Origin: Eukaryota sp. TZLM1-RC
Lineage: Eukaryota > Protista > Metamonada: BaSk clade
DNA length: 64,000 nucleotides
Assembly (NCBI GenBank): GCA_040285825.1
Contig: JAUPSS010000006.1
Coordinates: forward strand, 124,001-188,000
Direction of reading: 5' to 3'
Below the pieces are notes generated by a model. The model did no database searches, was not told the DNA's origin, and was given only the letters and a program-made list of their open reading frames with translations. Positions 9,993 to 21,529 of the stretch are shown here, piece by piece. Numbering within the stretch: position 1 is the first letter of the stretch; the number at the start of each line of letters is the position of its first letter. A program made the translations under genes and the position numbers.

Positions 9993-12350
9993 TCAAAGAA
10001 ACATATATTTTTCAAACTGCATCCACCATGGAAAACAAAATAATTCAACTAAAGATTTATTCTTGATGTGATTAATAGATTTAATTAAACCTTGATTGTT
10101 GAGTTTTGCTGGATGTAGAGGAGAATCTGAGAGAGAGAAATCATCAGCTCCAATCAAGTCAATAAATACCAAAGAAGGAAAGTTTTGTTCAGTGATGTTG
10201 CTAGGAACTCCGTAATGAATTACCATTTTCTTCAAGTTTGGTAGTTGTATATTGACAGATTTGCGACCTGATAATTCTAATTTCAATCTAACAATGGATT
10301 GAGGTAAAGGTATTTCTCCTTCTAGAAGTCGTTGAGAAAGCCTAAAACAATGAAAACTATTCATCACCAATTCATTTAATGACGTAAGATAGCTTAAATC
10401 ACTAACCTCAATGTGATCTTTAAGCACTAACTTCACTAGTGAAGTGGGTAATTGCTCTATAACAAATGGAGCATTGAGCTCTAGGCATTTGAGAGTGGAT
10501 AATTGTGGCAAGTTTATTTTAGGCCATTCAGCAAAAATACTCCTTCCACGAAACTTAACAACCTCAACATTTGGGAAAAATGACAATAATTGTGGATCAT
10601 AATCATCATCATCATAGTAAACATCAAGTTTTTTAATTCTAGTATTAATTAATTCAGATCCTCTAAAAGGAGTGGAAAATTGTAATCGCAAATCAGAAAT
10701 ATTCTCATTTAAATTTAAATTTTCAGGATCTTTTAAAAACATCTTGTTTTGAATAGGATGAATCTTGAACACTTCGTGAGCAAATTGAGCTACCCTTTTA
10801 CTAATGCCACATTTGGAGTAAAATCTTGCCTTCACATATAGGTGATTACCAAATTGCACCAAATAATTCAAATATTCCCAGTAAACAAGCTTAATTAAAC
10901 CGCTATACATTCTTTTCAAAGCATGTTTTCTGACTTGGAAACTGCCAATTATTTCCGACCCAGTGTTTGGAAATGGTTCTAGTATTGATGAAGCGACGTT
11001 TAAATTCCCTTTCCACACACTGTTCTTGTTGTAAGCATAGACTGAACAGGAACTTACTGAAATAGCTTCTATGTTTGTGGAGACTTCAATGATGCGGGCA
11101 TAAGGTGTTATTAAGGTGTTATAAGGTGTTATTAAGGTGTTATAAGGTGTTTGCCAACTAAAAACTCTGTCAAAAACATCAACAGCATAAAAACGATTCA
11201 CTTTAGAAAATCTATCATCATAACCACTAATAAAAACAATATTATTTAAACCTCGAATTCTAGTTAGCTTTTTGAAGGAATCTTCGGTAGAATAATCACT
11301 AAACTCCCAAACCTCACCATAAACATCAATAACCAAAAGTTTATCATTGGTGACCAAAAACGAGCCCTTGGAAGGTTTGTTAGGCGTTATATACTGAGTT
11401 ATGGGTAGCTTGGTGAGGGAAATTTGATCTGAATATGGTCCAACCCTTTCATAGTAGTAAAAGAATTCACCATTGTTATCAATTGCGACTAAAGAATCAT
11501 GATAAACAGAAATCAAAACAATATCATTTAATCCATCAATTAATTCAAATGATTTACGATGTCCCCATTTAACAACTTTGCCTTCTTGGGTCAAAGCAAA
11601 TGAACAACAACTACCAACATAAACTTCCTTAATATTATAAGGAATGGTGATTAGAGTGATTGGTAGTAACTGACTGCGTGACATGTTGATTTCCCAACTG
11701 AAATTGCGTCCCCAACCATACAAGCTTCCTTCGGAGGAGAGGGCAAGGGAGTGATTCCAACCAGCTGAAATGGTTACTATATTACTCAGTGGCAGCTTTA
11801 CTGGTATTGCGATAGCGTCAGGTCCATGACTTAGTACTTGGCCAATATCATTATCCCCCCAACCATAAACATCACCAGAATAGGTGAGTAGAAGGGTGTG
11901 AAAACTACCGCATGAGATATACTTAATTCCAACCAACCTTTCCGATCGATCGAAGTTGGTGTCGGCCGATCTACCAGCAGAACTATTTGTTGACGAAGAC
12001 TCTTGAGTAATGTGGTGGTTGGTGGTCATGTTCATTGAGAAGTTTGACGTATTAGGGGGCACCTCTGACAACGAATGGTGATTGGCAGAGCGATGGATGG
12101 GAAATAAAAGAGATTCTTGATGAGAGGAGAGGTCCATGGTCTCTGGAACGGGGGCATTGCAAGTGAAAAGAGAGGATTGAACAGAGGGCTCACGAAAAGA
12201 AATCGGATCTACCTCACTGTCAACTGGCAAATCAGGGAAGGAATAACATGAAGTAGACGATGAAACTGAACGACAGCGTTTCAAGGGAGGCGAATCTATA
12301 TCATGGTAGGGAGAAGAGTGGTCAAGAGGTTTGTCATGATGGTTGTGCAT
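9993..12350 (-). CDS. RCC1/BLIP-II repeat beta-propeller plus C-terminal leucine-rich repeat (FNIP-like) protein, copy 1
   Basis: RCC1 repeats (ISCGSFHTLLLTYSGDVYGWGDN, ISAGWNHSLALSSEGSLYGWG) and LRR motifs (LPTSLVKLVL, LTSLNELVM, LPQSIVRLKL, LPNLKKM). Paralog at 57421-59771. A probable 1-nt insertion clips the last ~10 codons (..VENK* in the paralog). Confidence 0.85.
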   Translation of the reverse strand: MHNHHDKPLDHSSPYHDIDSPPLKRCRSVSSSTSCYSFPDLPVDSEVDPISFREPSVQSSLFTCNAPVPETMDLSSHQESLLFPIHRSANHHSLSEVPPNTSNFSMNMTTNHHITQESSSTNSSAGRSADTNFDRSERLVGIKYISCGSFHTLLLTYSGDVYGWGDNDIGQVLSHGPDAIAIPVKLPLSNIVTISAGWNHSLALSSEGSLYGWGRNFSWEINMSRSQLLPITLITIPYNIKEVYVGSCCSFALTQEGKVVKWGHRKSFELIDGLNDIVLISVYHDSLVAIDNNGEFFYYYERVGPYSDQISLTKLPITQYITPNKPSKGSFLVTNDKLLVIDVYGEVWEFSDYSTEDSFKKLTRIRGLNNIVFISGYDDRFSKVNRFYAVDVFDRVFSWQTPYNTLITPYNTLITPYARIIEVSTNIEAISVSSCSVYAYNKNSVWKGNLNVASSILEPFPNTGSEIIGSFQVRKHALKRMYSGLIKLVYWEYLNYLVQFGNHLYVKARFYSKCGISKRVAQFAHEVFKIHPIQNKMFLKDPENLNLNENISDLRLQFSTPFRGSELINTRIKKLDVYYDDDDYDPQLLSFFPNVEVVKFRGRSIFAEWPKINLPQLSTLKCLELNAPFVIEQLPTSLVKLVLKDHIEVSDLSYLTSLNELVMNSFHCFRLSQRLLEGEIPLPQSIVRLKLELSGRKSVNIQLPNLKKMVIHYGVPSNITEQNFPSLVFIDLIGADDFSLSDSPLHPAKLNNQGLIKSINHIKNKSLVELFCFPWWMQFEKYMFL

Positions 12351-13027
12351 TGATTTGGAGTGAAGGAAACGATTTCAAATTTCTCATTATTGAATTTGAA
12401 AAATGATTAGGGATTTCCAAAACTCGCTCCTCATTCTAGGTCACCTCTGAACTTTTCATTTCATAGATTTATATTGTTTTTTTAGAAAATTAAGCTGCAT
12501 CAAGGTTACCACGATTTGATAAATTGTATTTGAAGGAATAATTGTTGATACGGCTCACAAAATTGGCAGAACCTGTGAAACTTCCAAGAAGAAGTATTGA
12601 TGATTCATGTTAATTTTCAGTTATGAGTGAATTTTGGTTTTGCTCTTAGAGAAAAATTGGATAAAATAGAAAATAATTACTTTTCATTATTATTTTTCTG
12701 AACATACTGTCTTATCAAATCAAAACCAATTTCAACTATTAAAAGAATACTTTAACAATTCCGTGTATACTATTTACTATAGATTTTTAAACACTGATAT
12801 TTCCCACTTCAGCTATGTCAATTCAACTATATCATAATACCCTCATCTGGTGTCACATTAGGCGATTCATTAGGTTCTTTTGTCTGCCTTGCTATTCATT
12901 CTTTAATGAAAAAATCAAAACAAAAATTTCCAGATATACCTATTATTGTTTGTATGGATGGCATTTCAATAATTTTTTTGATTGTAAACATTTTATTACT
13001 TTCAAACCAAACTTTCAAACCAAAACC

Positions 13028-13140
13028 TTTGAAAATTGAAAATAAAATTCTGTTTTGCCAAAAACTCTTCCAGTACGTTGTTTCACAATTTCAACAAAAT
13101 CATCCAGAAAAGACAAAGCAAGAGGTACAAGCGTGTCATT
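13028..13140 (-). mobile_element. CRE-like retrotransposon RLE 3' fragment
   Basis: Aligns with 14945-15070 (LALSFLDDFVEIVKQR..FWQNRILFSIFK). Confidence 0.7.
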
Positions 13141-13379
13141 TCAATAATTGGTCCATTTGATTCATTGAGAACAATTGCTGGAATTGTTCAACATCGTTGT
13201 TATCAGATTGGTTTTTTTAAACAGTTATAAATGCTTATTCATTGAAAGAGAACACACTGAACGTGTCATTGATGATAAAATTGTATATCAACTATATTGA
13301 ATCAGGATTTCGTTTTTTATGTTGTTATTTGGACAATTTGGATGAAATTCGATATCAAATCAAATTCAATGCCTTTCTC

Positions 13380-14720
13380 CTCACATCTGGTACAAAAGCT
13401 TTTCTGCCGGTATTCAAAAATATTCCACCCAGAAATTTGTTTTCCATGTGATTTGCATACTCCAAATTGCAGAAAACGATATTGAAAGTTGTTGAAAACT
13501 GGGATTTTTCTGTTCGTCTCAGCTAAGGAAAACAATACCGTTTTTGCGTACTTTTTAAATGATCTTAAGTAGGGATGTCGGACTTCAGTACAGTACAGTT
13601 CAGAAACAAATTTGGAACCTGAACGGGACCAGTGTCTGAACAGGTATAATGAAAGAGTAGTCCTTTTTTTCAAAAAAATCTTATTTTGAAAACAATACTA
13701 ACTAATTTCCTAAATATATTTTCCATTTTTTAGAGAAACTACTGCCTCAACACTGTTATCACACAACGAAAGAAATCAAATGCAAAATATAAACTTTGAT
13801 TTGAAAGTTTGAAAAACCAAATTAAGCAAAATTAAGCATATTTATTAATTACTGGTTGAATTCATGTATTTTATGCCATTGCAGTAAATTAATACAAGTT
13901 ATAAACAGTGTTTAAAAAAAACAATCTGAGACATTGGGTGAACTGGTTCGGAAACCTGATCCTATCATTTTTGAACTGAACTGAACCTGGACAGTCCTAA
14001 TCTTAAGGAAAGTAGCTCAAATTTTTCTCGTTTCCCTGACTCTAAATGTTTATTGTTTATTGTTCAAATCAATAGACAACTGCCTTTAGCATGAAAAGTT
14101 TTCTGTGGCCATATAGTGTGCTCAATGTTTTGATTTGCAAATTAAGTATTACATATCGCTCAGTTGTTCACGATGCTGTTGAAGATATCAACTATATGCC
14201 ATGTGAAAACGTCATTACATTGAAGCATGTGTTAAACCACTTGTGCGTAACTTGTCACCTGAAAACGAAGTTGATTATATTTTGGGGAAAGGCCGCGCTG
14301 ATTTAATTACTCCTGGGTCTGATGTTGTAAGCAAAGTTGTTGATCTTGTCACTGTTGATGCTTGTCAAGAATTAGCAATTGATTTTGCTAAAATGATGAA
14401 ACTCTACCTTCTTTTGCTGAAAAGAGCAGAATCAAAGATCAAACACAAGGAGCCCTTATTTGAACATGGACGTATTGACCACACATTCTATGAGCTGGTT
14501 CGATTTGTTCTTGTTGCTTTTGGTGAAATTGAAAAGTGAGGATTAAATTTCTCTAAGTTTTCTGGGTTTAAACGAAAAAACATGAAAAGTGATGAACTAT
14601 TTCTGGTACAATAGAAACTTTTTGAGTATACTTAAATTGTATTTATTGAATATACCTAATTCAATTCCTGAAATGATAACCAAAGCTCTGTTGTATGCGA
14701 TTCCAACTCAAACATTATTA
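13380..14720 (+). mobile_element. Degenerate CRE-like retrotransposon interrupted by a hAT MITE
   Basis: Broken frames encode DFSVRL..AKENN..FL.DLK, ITYRSVVHDAV, GRADLITPG..VDLVTVD and FWYNR. Confidence 0.75.
13570..13999. mobile_element. Non-autonomous hAT-type DNA transposon (MITE), 430 bp
   Basis: Imperfect TIRs TAGGGATGTC../..GACAGTCCTA; subterminal TTCAG/CTGAA repeats at both ends; perfect 8-bp TSD ATCTTAAG at 13562-13569 and 14000-14007. Confidence 0.85.
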
Positions 14721-14799
14721 GTTAATGATCAAGCACAAAATCAATCGACAAATACCAAGAATATGTTTCTGTTTCATAATATTTTTTATATTTTTATTT

Positions 14800-15860
14800 A
14801 TTCCAACAAAAAACAAACTATACGACAAGGTTGAAATTCCATGTCTTCATAACCCAAATCAGCCAAGAAAAATTGACTGGAAATTTGTTTTTGATAAATG
14901 CGTCCAAAGGTTAACATAGCTGAAGGTAGTGAGGGAAAAACACCTTTGAAAATTTAAAATACAATTCTGTTTTGCCAAAAACTCTTGTCAAAAACTCTTC
15001 CAGACGTTGTTTCACAATTTCAACAAAATCATCCAGAAAAGACAAAGCAAGAGGTCTAAGCGTGCCATGAAGGGAAACTGCAAATGGACATAGGACATAA
15101 TGAGTATGATATTCTGAATTCGAGGATAACAATTTTGCTTCAAATTTGTCAATTTTGGCTTATTCGGAAACAGTTAAGGGGTCTCTATATTTTGATTGAG
15201 CCATTGGAATAAAAGAATCATTACAGACATCAGTGGATCTCAAATCTGTAATAATAATAGTACTTTCAAGACCTTTAAGCATTAAATCAAATCTATTTCG
15301 ACCAAACGAATTCAAAGTATCTTCATCAACCAAACGGAAAAGTAATGGTTCTAAATAGGAAGCAATTATATGTGAATTTGACATACAATAGAAATGATCT
15401 CTTACCGCATCATGAACTTTTGATCGGAAAGTATTAAAATTTTACAATTGAATAAATGATTTGGAGAAATTTTTGATCCATATTTATAAATCAAATTATG
15501 GGGCACGTTATCAGGCAACAACGAAGGCGTCTTATACAAGAAAATTCGGTATCATTGAAAAGAAGACCATAAATTTGAGGAATCTGAGCAATTAAACACG
15601 AAGAGGAACTGTTTTGGGCATCTAACAAAAAATTTGCGAAAGCGGGATTATCTTTTTCGGCCGAGCCAAGACGAACATTAAAATCCAAGCCTTCAAAAAT
15701 TATGTTTAACTTTTGCTATAATTTTATAACACAATACCTCAAATTAAGTAGTGCTCCAGATGGTATCTCCAAATTTCAGAGGGCAAACAATCAAGAGCAT
15801 TTTGTAGTTCTCTTAGATAATTACTGTTGTTTCATGATGGGAAGATTCAATTCCAGCAGA
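14800..15860 (-). mobile_element. Degenerate CRE-like retrotransposon (thumb to RLE)
   Basis: Track ORFs 15491-15688, 15160-15384 and 14911-15132 are consecutive frameshifted pieces (DFNVRLG, YLEPLL, LCPFAVSLHG). Confidence 0.85.
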
Positions 15861-16704
15861 GCCATTCTTTAAGCTCTCGACAAAGCAAAAAACCACTTAA
15901 CTCATCACCTATTTATTGGATAACATCAGATGTCATGTATATTCATGATATCCTATTTACGAATATCGTCTCAGCTGTAGGTTTCAGCTTTACATAAACC
16001 CCTGAACTTTGTACATATTCACTAAATGGCCGTTGTTTTGCCAGTATTGTCGTTCTCCATTTTCCTTCTTCTACTGTATGCTCTGTACAGAAGTAGGATA
16101 GCCCTCAACACAAAGAAGCATCACCATATACCCTACCTTTTCAGGAAGAGCCCACCAGATGTGTGTTAAGTTCTCATCTACTCACCATAGGTTCTTCCAC
16201 TCCATGCGGCCTTGTCTCCACCATCATTGAATCTAAGATTTGATCATGATGATTCTGACGTGATATTTCATTAGACACTTTGTTCATTATTTTCTGTTGC
16301 GATTTAACATAAAATTTATTATTAATTTTTGTTTATTTTTCAATTAATTCAATGTTCTACAGCTTTTTTTGGCTTCAATGTTATTAGCCCAATTACACAT
16401 AATGTTTTGGTATTCTTTTATTCAAAAGCGTTTTTCCTGGTGTTTGTATATTTGTTTTCTCCACTACTTATTGTTACTCTAAGGCACAAGAATCCTGCCA
16501 TTTGTCACCAACCTTTTTTTTGCATGAAACTCATTCAAAAACTGATGTTCCAACGAACCTGAAGCAATATTTCAGACAGTTTGAAAGAGGTTTCACAATA
16601 CTATTTCTTTGTTTAATGCTTTTGATTCAGTGGAGATTTTCCGTTTTATTTTCATGGTAAAAGGTAACACTAATAGTTAACCTATGACATCTCCCCTTTC
16701 AACT

Positions 16705-16922
16705 ATAAAACTAGGTCGGACTAGGTCGGACATTGTCAAAAATTGTATGAAGATTTACAATTTTGATTTTATTATTTTTTTTTAATTTTTTTTTAATTTT
16801 AAGCTAGTCATTTAGTTTTTTTGAGAATGAACAAAATTGCTAAAAAAGTGTCAACTAATTCTTAAGCACAAAATGGTCAATAAGAAAACTATAAATGATA
16901 AAACTAGGTCGGACTAGGTCGG
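16705..16922. repeat. Two copies of ATAAAACTAGGTCGGACTAGGTCGG, 193 bp apart
   Basis: Exact 25-bp direct repeat at 16705-16729 and 16898-16922, each containing a tandem ACTAGGTCGG dimer. Confidence 0.8.
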
Positions 16923-17061
16923 TGCGAACTCAATTCTGATTGTGGCATGAAATATTCTGCAAATTTAATTTAAATTAACTAAACAAAAATTTTATTTTGT
17001 GAATTATATTTTATTTGTATTTGTATAAATACATTTAAACTTCTCAATAATATGCTCAATC

Positions 17062-17705
17062 TCAGTACCTCATGCCACTTGTCGTCAACTTCTTAATAGC
17101 TGGCCTACTATTGAAGTACGAGTGAAACTTCTCAAGGGGAGGAAATGTAATCAATGCTAATGGTACTTCTCTCGCCAAGGAGTCCAAAAAGGCATACAAA
17201 CAAATATCTGAGGCCAGCATTCATTTAAGTAAGACATACCAGCATAGGAAAGGGATTTTCCACACACAAAAACCGTGGTTAATTGGGATATTTTGGAGGC
17301 TAATGCTACAAATCTTTGTGTGTTGTCAGTTATCCAGCGTGCTTTGAGCTCGGTCACTTTCAAATCTGAAAGGCTGCATTGCATAAAGCGAGCACGCCAG
17401 AGATCATGTTGAAAGGTGTTCGCTACTTCTGCCCACATGTCGATTGTGGATTGTTCTGTGATGTTGTTCCCATAAAGGTTGAATTTTCGAGCTATGTATC
17501 TCATTATCGTCATGTCTCCAGAGAGGTACATTTCGCAGTCAGAGTCTTTCAGTGTGGGGAGCTGTTCAAAGGGAAATTGCGCTGATAGAGATTCAAAGTT
17601 CTTCTGGTTCACAATTACTTCATCAAAGGTTGCACCAGCTTCTGCTAAGAACAGGCGAATCTTGTCAGCTGTACCTCTAGCTGCATAGTAGTACAAAGTC
17701 AACAT
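17062..17705 (-). CDS. Cytosolic glutathione S-transferase (Tyr-type; sigma/mu/pi-like); 2 exons
   Basis: Motifs LYYYAARG..IRLFLA and FPFEQLPTLKD. A 32-nt intron at 17208-17239 restores LSYADICLY..FPPLEKF..RPAIKK. Confidence 0.9.
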
Positions 17706-18055
17706 GAAATGGGATAGCAGGTAAAGTCTTCAATTCACACAAGTTTTCACTTCATTAAACTAGATCGGCCGATCCAAGTTTGTTCATATAGGTTGACTTT
17801 CCACCAAATTATAATAATTCACTTCTCATACCAACTGATTGCCCTTTCATCACCATTAATCTTGCTATTTTTAAGCCAACGAATACCGCTTGAAAGACAC
17901 ACAATACATCAGGTCATTGTACCTCTCCTCAAGCTGCGGAACTCTGCTTCATACAGTAACCATAAATCTGCATTTCAGCTCTGAATTATTTTAGATCGTC
18001 ACTTCATCTCCTTTTGTAAAGCCTAAATACTGAAAAAAATATGAAGTTAACAACA

Positions 18056-18703
18056 TCATTTATTTAAATGTGAAGTATCATTGATTGTAACAGGAAACCA
18101 ACCATCATCATTGTATTTGAATTCACAAATACCGGTGTTATCTAGACAGAATCGGTAGATAAAGCGGTCAGAGAACCCCAAAATGTAATGCAACAACGAC
18201 TTGATTACTATAGCATGAGAGAATATCAAAATATAACGAGGCTCGTCGCCTTCATTGTGATGGACCTGATTCCATAGGATCTCATCCTCCAACCAATTGG
18301 AGGCCCTTCTTTGTACCATTCTTTGAGATTCACCGTTTGGTGGTTTGAATAAATATCCGGCCGTATTAATTTTTAGAAGCTGTTCAGATGTATAAACATC
18401 ATGTCTAGACTTACCATCCCAGTCCCCGTTAGTAAATTCCTGCAATTCTGGAACAACTGTGGCTTGTGAGAAAACATCATTTGGTAAGGCTATACGGGCA
18501 GTTTCTTTGGCCCGTACTAGAGGAGATGTATAGACAAGGGGGTTGATGATATGTTTTAATCGTTCTCCTAACAAAATAGATTGTTGTTTCCCAAGCTCAG
18601 ATAGGGGCGACTCTGGTTGCCTTCCGGCAATTAGATGTTGTTGGATGTTCGCTTCACACTCTGCATGTCTGATGAAGAGGATTCTAAGATTGGTTAATGA
18701 CAT
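18056..18703 (-). CDS. Histidine phosphatase / phosphoglycerate mutase family protein
   Basis: Motifs FIRHAE, TSPLVRAKETA, LQEF..GDWDG, PPNGES, FSH and LDNTGI; intronless. Confidence 0.9.
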   Translation of the reverse strand: MSLTNLRILFIRHAECEANIQQHLIAGRQPESPLSELGKQQSILLGERLKHIINPLVYTSPLVRAKETARIALPNDVFSQATVVPELQEFTNGDWDGKSRHDVYTSEQLLKINTAGYLFKPPNGESQRMVQRRASNWLEDEILWNQVHHNEGDEPRYILIFSHAIVIKSLLHYILGFSDRFIYRFCLDNTGICEFKYNDDGWFPVTINDTSHLNK

Positions 18704-18974
18704 TCAAAATTACCAAACACTACCATCTAACCCTTGCTTATAGCATTATTCAATAACCTGTTTACTAGTGGATTTCTTTCTTTGAGGAAGATGACCGAGA
18801 AAAGAGGTATTGACGAGGTACTTATAAGGCCAGTACGCCAATTTATGTCAAACCTGTATAGAATGAAATGTTTCAATTGATTATGATTCTCAACAGATGT
18901 GGGAATATTATGCAGAGATTCATTGTTTTGAAATCACCAAGGATGAAAAGATTTTTTTGATTACTATTAGTATT

Positions 18975-19640
18975 CTTAGTTTATTCCAACAAGAAAATAA
19001 ACCAAAAACTTAAAATTCTAAATCTTCATATCCCAAATCAACCTAAAAGAAATTGACTGGAAGGTTTTCCTTTATAAAATAGACCAAGAGATAATAAGGC
19101 AAGGGGATGACATCTTTAAAAATTGAAAAAACAATTATGTTCTGCCAAATCATTTTGTCAACAATTCTTGCTGTACGTTGTTTTACAATTTCATCAAATT
19201 CATCCAAAAAAGATAAAACAAGTGGTCCAAGCGTAATATGTAAGGAAAGAGCAAATGGACAAAGGACATAATGAGTGTGAGATTCAGCATTCAAAATAGC
19301 AACTTTGCTTTACATTTATCAATTTCAGTATTTTTGGCAACAAACAACGGATTCCTGTGTTTAGACTGATCTGGTATGAAAGAATTATTATACACATCAG
19401 TTGATCTCACATCAGTAATGATAGTGGTCCCATCAAGTCCTTCAAGCATTAAATCACCTCTATTGAGACCAAAAGAATTCAAAATATCTTCATTAATTAA
19501 ACGAGAAAGTAAAGTTTCTAAATAGGAAACAATTCTGTGTGATTTTGACATACAACGGAGTTGATCCTTAACTGCATCATGGACCTTTGATCGGAAAGAA
19601 TAGAATGTTTACAGTTAAACAAAAGATTTGGAGAAATTTT
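18975..19640 (-). mobile_element. CRE-like retrotransposon 3' fragment
   Basis: Motifs FRSKVHDAVKDQL, RGDLMLEG..TDVRSTD, LCPFALSL and WQNIIVFSIFK; same family as 14800-15860. Confidence 0.85.
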
Positions 19641-20083
19641 TAGTCCACATTTCCAAATATATACTAATGATCACGTGATGTTACACGTGATACTTTCTAG
19701 ATGTGGAAAGTTGTTTTAGCCTTAGCTAACAATTACAAGAATCGGGTGCGCCAGAAAGCCTTCACGACATCCAACACTAATAAATTAAGGCTATCATAAT
19801 ATGGCAGTAACAACATGTGATTGTATTCAACATTCAAAAGCTTATTGTGCAATTGTATTCTGTAATGTTGAAAATGTTGCAAATGTGGATTAGAGAATTT
19901 TGTAGTACGACTACATTGAATGACACCCATTTCCTCTACGTATTTGAATGAATATTAGCCAATATTCACTCTTTTTTGATCCTCTCTTACGGTCAAATAG
20001 TGGCAAATAAAATTAAGCTTATGAACGCCAAAAATAACAATGTTTTGAAATCATTACGAGATTCTTTGGGTTTAAAAGTTGAT

Positions 20084-20343
20084 CTTGTTCAAAGCTCAAG
20101 GTCTAATCAAATGAACCATTGTTTATCCAGTGCTGACATTGAAAGAGCGGTTGCTCAGGCTAATGCTGCTAATGAGGATAGAATAGCTGGTCTTGAGCAA
20201 CAGTTAGAAGAAGTTGCTGCTGAAAGAGACCAAATTGCAACTGAAAATGACCAGAATAAAGCTCAACTTGATAGGGTTAGAGCTGAAAATCAAACCTTGC
20301 AAAAACGAAACTTGTTCAAAGCTCAAGGTCTAATCAAATGAAC
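20084..20343 (+). repeat. 33-bp exact direct repeat flanking a 194-bp coiled-coil coding-like insert
   Basis: CTTGTTCAAAGCTCAAGGTCTAATCAAATGAAC at 20084-20116 and 20311-20343. Confidence 0.8.
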
Positions 20344-20639
20344 AAAGCAAAGCTTCGACAACTTTTGGAGACAATGCAGTTCGTCTATCTGTTATCGTGT
20401 TACCAGCACTTGAAAAAAAACACTCACATGAAACAGAAGTGCCTTGAATAGCCAACCAATCTCTGGTCATTTTTGCAAGTGTGGAATACTGTTTTCAAAT
20501 AGCTTTATTGATAGACAATGTTGGATAATATATTGATTGCTTTCTAATTACTCCACTATGATAGTACTGAATGGAAGCTTTTTGTAAATTTGTAGTCGTG
20601 AAAGAGTATTCAAGATGCTCAAGAACTTGAGCATTGTTA

Positions 20640-20782
20640 AATTTCGGGTCATCCATGGATCACCCATGGATGATGAGGCTTCATCCGTTATCCATCCAAA
20701 AGACAAAAAGCTCATCCATTTCCAAGTGGATATGGATGGATGTGTGGATGACCTGAAAATTGGATATCCATTACCAACTCTA
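20640..20782 (-). mobile_element. Probable single terminus of a hAT-like element with ATCCAT/ATGGAT subterminal repeats
   Basis: Minus strand begins TAGAGTTGGTAATGGATATCC. Internal inverted repeat AATTTCGGGTCATCCA..TGGATGACCTGAAAATT. Partner end not found. Confidence 0.35.
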
Positions 20783-21330
20783 ATGGAAACCATTGTGGAT
20801 GAAATTGTTCTAATTTGAAAGCGTTTCTTTTTTCCTTGGAGTAGAGATGGCGTTTGACAGTGTGAATACAGGAAATACCGATAGTGGTAGGATCGCTACA
20901 ATCACAATCGTTGTTCCTGTTGCCATGCAAGGATGTAATATCATTCTTTTGACCTTTTGAATTGCAACTTGACTCACCTTGCTGTTGATAATGACAAAAA
21001 GAGGGTTGACTATAGTATCACAATCGACAGAAGCTGATTCATTGCTGAAAGCTATCTTGATATCTTCAAATTGATAAACCAGTAAATCTATCATTTTCAT
21101 TATAGAAATGAGGTAGTTGGATCCCCTCAATGCAAGGTCTCTTTTGAGTTGAAAATGACTGCCTTCTACTCTGGAAGAGGTGTAATTACCAAATGGGTTG
21201 ATGTATCTATCATATACTTAATAAAATGCTTTTCATATTTGAGCCACCTTGAATATAGAGTACCACTTCATTGAATAGTTTGAATTGCCAGAAAAAGTTC
21301 AGATGATGATGAAAAGACTCGAGAAGGTCT
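20783..21330 (-). mobile_element. Mutator-like (MULE) transposase pseudogene fragment
   Basis: Frameshifted pieces WLKYEKHF..D...H/FGNYTSSRVEGSHFQLK, SWIM-like CDC..TIGISCIH, and LEQFHPQW. Confidence 0.65.
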
Positions 21331-21529
21331 GATAAAGCAGTTGTGAAAGCCATTAATCAGGAGGAATGGAAAAGACGAATAAAAAATATGAGAACGAAAA
21401 TCTGCATATTTATAACTCTCATCACGCCCATTTTAACCTCACCAAAGTTTTTTAGCCCAGAATCACCCATAATTTCATCAACTTTTCATTCTTGACTTAT
21501 ATGTTTACTTAAATATATACTACCTTATG

